This document shows positions 57,531 through 64,000 of a stretch of DNA of 64,000 nt, piece by piece. Source of the stretch: Clostridia bacterium (GTDB taxonomy: Bacteria; Bacillota; Clostridia; Christensenellales; CAG-138); NCBI GenBank assembly GCA_017388175.1, contig JAFOTD010000056.1, forward strand, positions 7,756-71,755, given 5' to 3'. Positions within the stretch are counted from its first letter, which is position 1, and each line of letters starts with the position of its first letter. A program made the translations under genes and the position numbers. Under the pieces are notes generated by a model. It was not told the DNA's origin. It did no database searches and worked only from the letters and a program-made list of their open reading frames with translations.

Positions 57531-60500
57531 ATGAAACCGTTTGTTCATCTTCACGTGCATACGCAGTACAGCCTGCTCGACGGCGCGTCGCGCATTCCGG
57601 AGCTTGTAAAGCGCGCAAAGGCGCTTGGACAGACGTCGCTCGCCATCACGGATCACGGCGTCATGTACGGCGTGATCGACTTTTATCGCGCATGCAAAGC
57701 CGAAGGAGTCAAACCGATTCTCGGCATGGAAACGTACGTTGCGAAAGGGAGTTTCGACGTCTCCGATTCGCGCGAAAGGGATGCAGCGCATCTGATTCTC
57801 CTTGCGAAGAATCAGACGGGATATCAGAACCTGATGCTGCTCTCATCCGAGGCATTTATCCATGGATTCTACTACAAGCCTCGCATCGACTATTCGCTTT
57901 TAAAAGCACACCACGAAGGTCTGATCTGCCTTTCCGCTTGTCTTGCAGGCGATATTCCGCAATCGTTTTTGCGCGGTCAGGATGCCCGCGCCTATGAAAT
58001 TGCCCGCATGCTGCGGGAAATGTTCGGTGAGGACTTTTATATCGAACTGCAGAATCACGGAATTCCCGAACAGCAGGAAGTGCTTCCGAAGCTCAAACGG
58101 CTTGCCAAGGAACTCGGAATCAAAACGGTTGCAACGAACGATATCCATTACGTCAAAAAAGATGATGCGGAGGCACAGGACGTTCTTTTGTGCATCCAGA
58201 CGCAGCGATACGTGGACGAGCCGGATCGCATGCGGATGCAAAGCGATGAATTCTATCTGAAATCATACGACGAAATGGCTGACGCGCTCCCGGATGATCT
58301 CGATGCGCTCGATACCACCAATGAGATCTCCGAAAAATGCAACGTCGAAATCGAATTCGGCGTTCGCAGACTTCCGCATTTTACCGCGCCGGATGGGATT
58401 GCCAACGACGTATATCTTCGTAAGCTTTGCGCCGAAGGTATGCAGCGCAAGATGCCCAACGCCGGAAAAGAAGCGCTGGATCGTCTCGAATATGAGCTTT
58501 CAATCATCGAAAAGATGGGGTTTGTCGACTACTATCTGATCGTTTGGGACTTCATTCATTATGCAAAAACGCATGATATCATGGTTGGACCCGGCAGAGG
58601 CAGCGGCGCTGCGTCGCTTGCCGCGTACTTCCTCGATATTACTGACGTCGATCCGCTGAAATACAACCTGCTGTTTGAGCGTTTCTTAAATCCAGAACGC
58701 GTTTCGATGCCCGATTTCGACGTCGATTTCTGCTATGAACGCAGGCAGGAGGTGATCGACTACGTCGGTGAAAAATACGGCGAGGGACATGTCGCGCAGA
58801 TCATCACGTTCGGTACCATGGCTGCAAAACTTGTTGTGCGCGACGTTGCACGCGTACTGCGCGTGCCTTATGCCGATGCGGACAAACTCGCCAAGCTGAT
58901 TCCGAACGTACTGAAAATCACGCTTTCCGAAGCGATTCAGATGAACGCGGAGCTCAAAGCGCTCTACGATTCCGACGAAACGATGCGGCACGTGCTCGAT
59001 CTTTCGATGAAGCTTGAGGGGCTCCCGAGGCACAGCTCTACACACGCGGCTGGCGTCGTGATCTCAGGCGTTCCGTTGAATACGGTTGTTCCGCTGACAA
59101 GCAACGACGGCGCGCTGACGACGCAATTCCCGATGACGACGCTCGAAGAGCTCGGCCTGTTGAAAATGGACTTCCTCGGTCTGCGCACGCTCACGATCAT
59201 TCGCGACACGCTCGCGTTCATCAGGCAGGAGGGTAAGCCGGTTCCCGATTTTTCCAAAAACGATTTTGATGATCCGGATGTATGGAAGATGATCGCGTCC
59301 GGCGATACGGAAGCCGTATTCCAGCTTGAATCCGGCGGTATGCGTCAGTTTATGATGCAGTTGAAGCCCGATTGTTTCGAGGACCTGATCGCAGGCATTT
59401 CGTTGTATCGTCCCGGCCCGATGGAACAGATTCCGCGATATATCCGCGGTAAGCACGAAGGGAATATCGAATACGCGCACCCGCTGATGGAGCCGATCCT
59501 GAAAAATACGTACGGTTGTATCGTCTATCAGGAGCAGGTAATGGAGATTGTGCGCTCACTTGCGGGATACAGCTACGGCCGAAGTGATCTCGTGCGCCGC
59601 GCGATGTCCAAGAAAAAACACGACGTGATGGCAAAGGAGCGCACGTTCTTTGTGTACGGTACTGACGGCGTCGACGGTGCGATCAAACGCGGCGTGCCCG
59701 AAGACGTAGCGAACCATATCTTCGATGAAATGATGGATTTTGCTTCGTATGCGTTCAACAAAGCGCATGCGGCGTGCTACGCGGTTGTTGCATACCGGAC
59801 CGCGTACTTAAAGCGCTATTATCCGACGGAACTGTTTGCCGCCACGATCAACGGATATCGGCAGAACACGGATTCCGTCTCAGCATACGTATACAGCGCA
59901 AGAAACCTCGGAATTCGCATTCTTCCGCCAGACGTAAACCGCTCGATGGCATTGTTCAACGTCGAAAACAACGCAATTCGGTTCGGGCTTTCCTCGGTTC
60001 GTAACGTCTCAGAGGGCGTTATGAAAAGCGTGGTGCAGAATCGCGCAATGAACGGTCCGTTCAAAAACTTTGAGGATTTCATCAATCGTACGCACGGCCT
60101 CAATAAACGGATGCTTGAGGGTCTTATCTGCGCCGGATGCTTCGATGAAATGGGGTATACGCGCAGCAGCCTGCTTTCGGTCTATGAACGTCTTCTCGAT
60201 GCCGCGCAGCGCACGCAAAAAAGGAAGGAGTCAGGACAACTTTCACTGTTTGACTTTGACGATACGGCGGAGATGCTTTCCCAATCGTCGATACAGATTC
60301 CGGAAATCAGTGAAATGCCGAAGCCTGTGCTGCTTGCAAAAGAACGCGAAGCCACGGGTCTGTATCTTTCCGGACATCCGCTTGACGCTTACAGCGACGC
60401 GCTGAAACAGTTTCCGTATTCCGTTCTCAATCTTTCGGAGGCGGACGGAACCGGAGTAATCAAAGATGAAATGATCGTTACGGTCGGAGGTATGCTTTCG

Positions 60501-60947
60501 CAATGCAAACAGCGTCCGACAAAAAGCGGCACGGGTCTCATCGGGCTAGGCGTACTTGAGGGTCATTCCGGCTCTGTGGAGCTGATGCTCTTCCCGAAGA
60601 CGCTGCAATCGTGTTCCGGACAGTTCCGCGATGAAAACATTGTTGAGATTACCGGACGAATTTCGATTCGTGAGGATCGCGCAAATTCGATCCTCGTCGA
60701 TTCACTGAGCTCCCTGAAGGAAACGATGCGTACGCTGTATATCCGCCTTCCGTATCTCGATGCAGAGCAGCAGAAGCGCGTCCGGCGTATCACGCACGCG
60801 TTTCAGGGCAGTACGGCAATCGTCCTGTATGATACGGCAAAGAAGATCGCAAAAGGCGCGCCGAAGGAATGGTGCGTTAATCCGAGCGATTCGCTCATTC
60901 AAGCGCTGAAAGCTGAATTCGGTGAGGAGAATATCGTATTGAAATGA
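57531..60947 (+). CDS. dnaE: DNA polymerase III alpha subunit (DnaE type)
   Basis: PHP domain HLHVHTQYSLLDG/TDHG, GPGRGSGA.S, PDFDVDF, LLKMDFLGLRTL, YAFNKAH, OB fold; TTGCGT-17-TATACT promoter upstream. Confidence 0.98.
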   Translation: MKPFVHLHVHTQYSLLDGASRIPELVKRAKALGQTSLAITDHGVMYGVIDFYRACKAEGVKPILGMETYVAKGSFDVSDSRERDAAHLILLAKNQTGYQNLMLLSSEAFIHGFYYKPRIDYSLLKAHHEGLICLSACLAGDIPQSFLRGQDARAYEIARMLREMFGEDFYIELQNHGIPEQQEVLPKLKRLAKELGIKTVATNDIHYVKKDDAEAQDVLLCIQTQRYVDEPDRMRMQSDEFYLKSYDEMADALPDDLDALDTTNEISEKCNVEIEFGVRRLPHFTAPDGIANDVYLRKLCAEGMQRKMPNAGKEALDRLEYELSIIEKMGFVDYYLIVWDFIHYAKTHDIMVGPGRGSGAASLAAYFLDITDVDPLKYNLLFERFLNPERVSMPDFDVDFCYERRQEVIDYVGEKYGEGHVAQIITFGTMAAKLVVRDVARVLRVPYADADKLAKLIPNVLKITLSEAIQMNAELKALYDSDETMRHVLDLSMKLEGLPRHSSTHAAGVVISGVPLNTVVPLTSNDGALTTQFPMTTLEELGLLKMDFLGLRTLTIIRDTLAFIRQEGKPVPDFSKNDFDDPDVWKMIASGDTEAVFQLESGGMRQFMMQLKPDCFEDLIAGISLYRPGPMEQIPRYIRGKHEGNIEYAHPLMEPILKNTYGCIVYQEQVMEIVRSLAGYSYGRSDLVRRAMSKKKHDVMAKERTFFVYGTDGVDGAIKRGVPEDVANHIFDEMMDFASYAFNKAHAACYAVVAYRTAYLKRYYPTELFAATINGYRQNTDSVSAYVYSARNLGIRILPPDVNRSMALFNVENNAIRFGLSSVRNVSEGVMKSVVQNRAMNGPFKNFEDFINRTHGLNKRMLEGLICAGCFDEMGYTRSSLLSVYERLLDAAQRTQKRKESGQLSLFDFDDTAEMLSQSSIQIPEISEMPKPVLLAKEREATGLYLSGHPLDAYSDALKQFPYSVLNLSEADGTGVIKDEMIVTVGGMLSQCKQRPTKSGTGLIGLGVLEGHSGSVELMLFPKTLQSCSGQFRDENIVEITGRISIREDRANSILVDSLSSLKETMRTLYIRLPYLDAEQQKRVRRITHAFQGSTAIVLYDTAKKIAKGAPKEWCVNPSDSLIQALKAEFGEENIVLK

Positions 60948-62296
60948 AACAATCAAATCCGTTTTTGAAAAATCAGGAACTGACGCTTGAAATAACAGGT
61001 ATAACAAGCGAAGGACAGGGAGTTGCCCGCTGCGAAGGCGTCGCGTTTTTCGTTCCTTTTGCGCTGCCCGGTGAAATTGTTGTTGCGCATATCATCAAGA
61101 TCGAGAAGAAATATTGCATTGCAAAAGCGATTCGTTTTTTGAAGCTGTCCGAACATCGTGTTGAACCTGTGTGCGAGGCGTATGAAAAATGCGGCGGCTG
61201 TGCGCTGATGCACTTGGACTATTCCGAACAGCTCAAAACGAAAACGCATATCGTTCGCGACGCATTGGAGCGGCTCGGCGGTTTTACCGGTGTTGAAGTG
61301 CAAAATACGATCGGTATGGACGATCCGTGGCGCTATCGGAACAAGGGCAGTTTTCCGATCGGATTTCAGGACGGCGTTGCCGCGTTCGGTTTTTATGCGG
61401 AACGCAGTCATCGATTGATCCCGCTCTATGACTGCCCTATCGAGGACGCAAGAATAACCGCGCTTGCGCGTTCTGTGACCGAGTGGGCAAACCGCAATCA
61501 TGTGCGCGTCTACGATGAGCAGACGGGGAAGGGCTGTCTTCGTGCCTGTGTTATCCGTATTACGTCGACCGGAGAACGCATGGTTACCGTTGTCACAAAA
61601 GGCGAGCTTCCCGCAAAGGATTCACTTGTTCGCATGATAGACGTAGATTCTTTGTATCACAACCGCAACGACGCAAATACCAACGTGATCTTCGGAGACC
61701 ATTTTACGCTCCTGAAGGGAAAACCGCAGTTGGTCGAACAACAAAGCGATCTCGTTTTCGCAGTCAGCCCGCAGAGTTTTCTGCAGGTCAATCCCGTTCA
61801 GACACGTAAGCTGTATGATACCGCTATCCGCCTGCTTGACGCAAAACCGGACGAAACCGTTGCGGACGTGTACTGCGGAATAGGCACCATTTCCCTTGCG
61901 ATCGCAAAGCATGCAGGCAAAGTGATCGGGATCGAATGCGTCCCGGAAGCGATCGAAGACGCGAAGCAAAACGCGGCGCAGAACGGCGTCGAAAACGTCG
62001 ATTTTATTTGCGGACTTGCCGAAGACGTACTTCCGGATCTTGTAAAAAACAACATGCGGCCCGACGCGATCGTGATCGACCCGCCGCGCAAGGGCTGCGA
62101 CGAGCGCGTTCTTTCCGCGATCGCCGAAAGCGGCGCAAACCGCATCGTCTACGTTTCCTGCAACCCGGCAACGCTTGCCCGCGATCTGAAGATTCTGTCG
62201 ACGCACGGATTTATGATCCGTCACGTACAGCCGATCGATATGTTCCCGCATACACAGCATGTGGAAACGGTATGCTGCTTGTATTGCCAAAAATGA
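60944..62296 (+). CDS. rlmD: 23S rRNA m5U1939 methyltransferase RlmD (RumA)
   Basis: TRAM domain, C..YEKCGGC, YRNK, SFLQVN, YCGIGTI, DPPRKG, YVSCNPATLARD, DMFPHT.HVE. Confidence 0.95.
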   Translation: MKQSNPFLKNQELTLEITGITSEGQGVARCEGVAFFVPFALPGEIVVAHIIKIEKKYCIAKAIRFLKLSEHRVEPVCEAYEKCGGCALMHLDYSEQLKTKTHIVRDALERLGGFTGVEVQNTIGMDDPWRYRNKGSFPIGFQDGVAAFGFYAERSHRLIPLYDCPIEDARITALARSVTEWANRNHVRVYDEQTGKGCLRACVIRITSTGERMVTVVTKGELPAKDSLVRMIDVDSLYHNRNDANTNVIFGDHFTLLKGKPQLVEQQSDLVFAVSPQSFLQVNPVQTRKLYDTAIRLLDAKPDETVADVYCGIGTISLAIAKHAGKVIGIECVPEAIEDAKQNAAQNGVENVDFICGLAEDVLPDLVKNNMRPDAIVIDPPRKGCDERVLSAIAESGANRIVYVSCNPATLARDLKILSTHGFMIRHVQPIDMFPHTQHVETVCCLYCQK

Positions 62297-62384
62297 CTTC
62301 ATATCGGTGCCTTATGACCCGAAGAATAACGGTTATGCGAAACAACTGAAAAAAAGGTAAATCAAAATATTTGAGGGTTAATGA

Positions 62385-62954
62385 ATGTATTATCATGCAT
62401 CAGCGATAGGAACAATAAGACAACTTGAGCCAAGGATTTCAAATCATAGCGTTCCCTTAATCTACTTTTCAAAGAAAAGAGAAAATGTTCTTGTCTACTT
62501 AAGCAATGCTATTGAGAAATACTGTAAAGAAACAGGCTTTGAATATGATGGAATATGGCAAAAGTGGGGTGCATACGGATTTGATAAGAACGGATTACAG
62601 CGTCTTGAAGAGTATTATCCAAATGCCTTGGAAAAAACATATAAAGGTGTTTCTGGATATATTTATTATGCCAATAATGTAATCGAAAGTGATTTTGATG
62701 TACAGATCCCCGATGCGACAGCAAGCAGCAATCCGGTCGAAATCAATTATGTAGAATTTGTTCCAGACGCTTTGGAAGCAATTCTACAGGCAGAACAAGA
62801 TGGACTCATTACAATAATGAGATATGAGGTAATGTCCCAAAAGATGAAGGAATCGCTTACAAAAACCATAAGGGAAGAATATGAGAATGCTATTGACCAT
62901 CCTGAGTATAGACATTTTTTGAAGGGAAATTTCCCTGAAATTATTATGGACTGA
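62385..62954 (+). CDS. Hypothetical protein, AT-rich and probably horizontally acquired
   Basis: 189-aa ORF; A/T-ending codons unlike the rest of the window; YYHAS...LEPR...IYFS and GYIY motifs. Confidence 0.7.
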   Translation: MYYHASAIGTIRQLEPRISNHSVPLIYFSKKRENVLVYLSNAIEKYCKETGFEYDGIWQKWGAYGFDKNGLQRLEEYYPNALEKTYKGVSGYIYYANNVIESDFDVQIPDATASSNPVEINYVEFVPDALEAILQAEQDGLITIMRYEVMSQKMKESLTKTIREEYENAIDHPEYRHFLKGNFPEIIMD

Positions 62955-63047
62955 CTAAGGCCTGTATGTCGATTTGTTTCTTAATAAATAGTTTTTTGAA
63001 ACGGCGGCATTCACGGACAGAATCAGGCAGCTAATAAGGTATTGAAA

Positions 63048-63677
63048 ATGAAAACGTATGAATTCGGGAATCCTGATGCAAAGTTCGTCCTGATCCAGCC
63101 GGTCGACGATCACGATCTGATTGGGCTCGCAAACGAAGCGGCATATATAGAACGGAACAGCAGCGCAGATTTTCAACTGATCGCTGTGAAGATTGATGAC
63201 TGGAATCACGATCTGTCGCCGTGGAACGCGCCGGCCGTATTCGGAAACGAAGACTTCGGCAGCGGCGCAAAGGATACGCTTGATCGGATCATCGATTTAT
63301 GCGCCGATCCCCAAAGGACGTACTATATCGGCGGGTATTCACTTGCGGGACTGTTCTCGCTTTGGGCGGTCTTTGAGACGGATCGGTTTTCCGGCGCGGC
63401 CGCCGCTTCTCCCTCGATGTGGTTTCCCGAGTTTATCGACTTCATGAAATCGCACGAACTACGGACAAACTCCGTCTATCTCAGCCTCGGAAACAGAGAG
63501 AACAGGACGCGTAATCCGATCATGGCAACAGTGGGGGACAGAATCCGGGAGGCATATGACCTTCTGAACGTGAACGGTACGAACTGTACGCTGGAATGGA
63601 ACGAGGGCAATCATTTCAAAGACCCCGACGTGCGCAGCGCAAAGGCGTTTAGTTGGTTATTGAATCATCCGATGTGA
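63048..63677 (+). CDS. Alpha/beta-hydrolase (putative esterase)
   Basis: DWNHDLSPW.AP.VFG.EDFG.GA, GGYSLAGLF (GxSxG-like), SPSMWFP, YLSLG..E, WNEGNHF. Confidence 0.85.
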   Translation: MKTYEFGNPDAKFVLIQPVDDHDLIGLANEAAYIERNSSADFQLIAVKIDDWNHDLSPWNAPAVFGNEDFGSGAKDTLDRIIDLCADPQRTYYIGGYSLAGLFSLWAVFETDRFSGAAAASPSMWFPEFIDFMKSHELRTNSVYLSLGNRENRTRNPIMATVGDRIREAYDLLNVNGTNCTLEWNEGNHFKDPDVRSAKAFSWLLNHPM

Positions 63678-63697
63678 CGTGCTTGAAAACCAGTAAG

Positions 63698-64000
63698 ATG
63701 AAAACGGAACGGAAAAGAAAAATCAGGGAAGCATTTATTGCCCTCTACGTTTTAATCGAGCTCGGTCTGCTGCTTGCGATCAAATGGATCGAGCGGACAC
63801 AATACGGTGATCTTGCCGTATCGTTCATGTTTCTGTCGATCGTCGTCAATGCGCTTGCTGCCTCGTGCTGCTATTGCGTGTTTGGCGTGAAAAGGGCACG
63901 GGAACACGAACATTTGATCCTTGTCGCGCTTCTGATCACGCTGATCGCCGATCTATTTCTGACTTTTCTCGGAGGAAAATTCATGATCCCCGGCGTGATC
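63698..64000 (+). CDS. Membrane protein, possibly YhhN/lysoplasmalogenase-like, 3'-truncated by the window edge
   Basis: Frame open to the window end (MKTERKRKIREAFIALYVLIELGLLL...ALLITLIADLFLT); several hydrophobic helices. Confidence 0.55.
   Translation, partial: MKTERKRKIREAFIALYVLIELGLLLAIKWIERTQYGDLAVSFMFLSIVVNALAASCCYCVFGVKRAREHEHLILVALLITLIADLFLTFLGGKFMIPGVI

Noticed and set aside
62294-62296. TGA at the rlmD end as selenocysteine or read-through
   Set aside because: The in-frame continuation hits another TGA within a few codons and no SECIS-like hairpin is evident; the plausible tail is in a different frame.

Overview
A gene-dense, moderately GC-rich chromosomal window from a spore-forming anaerobic Firmicute. 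The gene content points to Clostridia, but the exact lineage cannot be determined from the sequence. Most of it is core genome: efp, rpsT, CIRCE-controlled groESL, the yqfC-yqfD-phoH-ybeY-cdd-era-yqzL-recO block, ppdK, der-plsY, spoIIAA-spoIIAB-sigF, murB-rapZ-whiA-hslO, scpAB, spoIVA-gpr-spoIIP, asd-dapA-dapB, dnaE and rlmD. I saw no rRNA, tRNA, CRISPR array, integrase or transposase. Six observations stand out. (1) A stand-alone operon, apparently highly expressed, pairs an IscU/NifU-fold Cys protein with a GGGtGRT protein of unknown function. (2) Several intact genes have lost their catalytic motifs: a secreted dockerin fused to a 5'-nucleotidase-like fold, a D,D-carboxypeptidase lacking all three PBP motifs, and an orphan DUF2877 protein. 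(3) Four genes have the geometry -35/17 nt/-10/6 nt/ATG with little or no Shine-Dalgarno, suggesting leaderless mRNAs. (4) An unknown gene divergent from spoIIA sits behind a consensus SigH-like promoter. (5) An LRR surface protein carries a distinct C-terminal module. (6) An accessory region begins at the rlmD 3' end, with an out-of-frame rlmD tail and an AT-rich gene. Family assignments are from motif recognition only; no database search was run.
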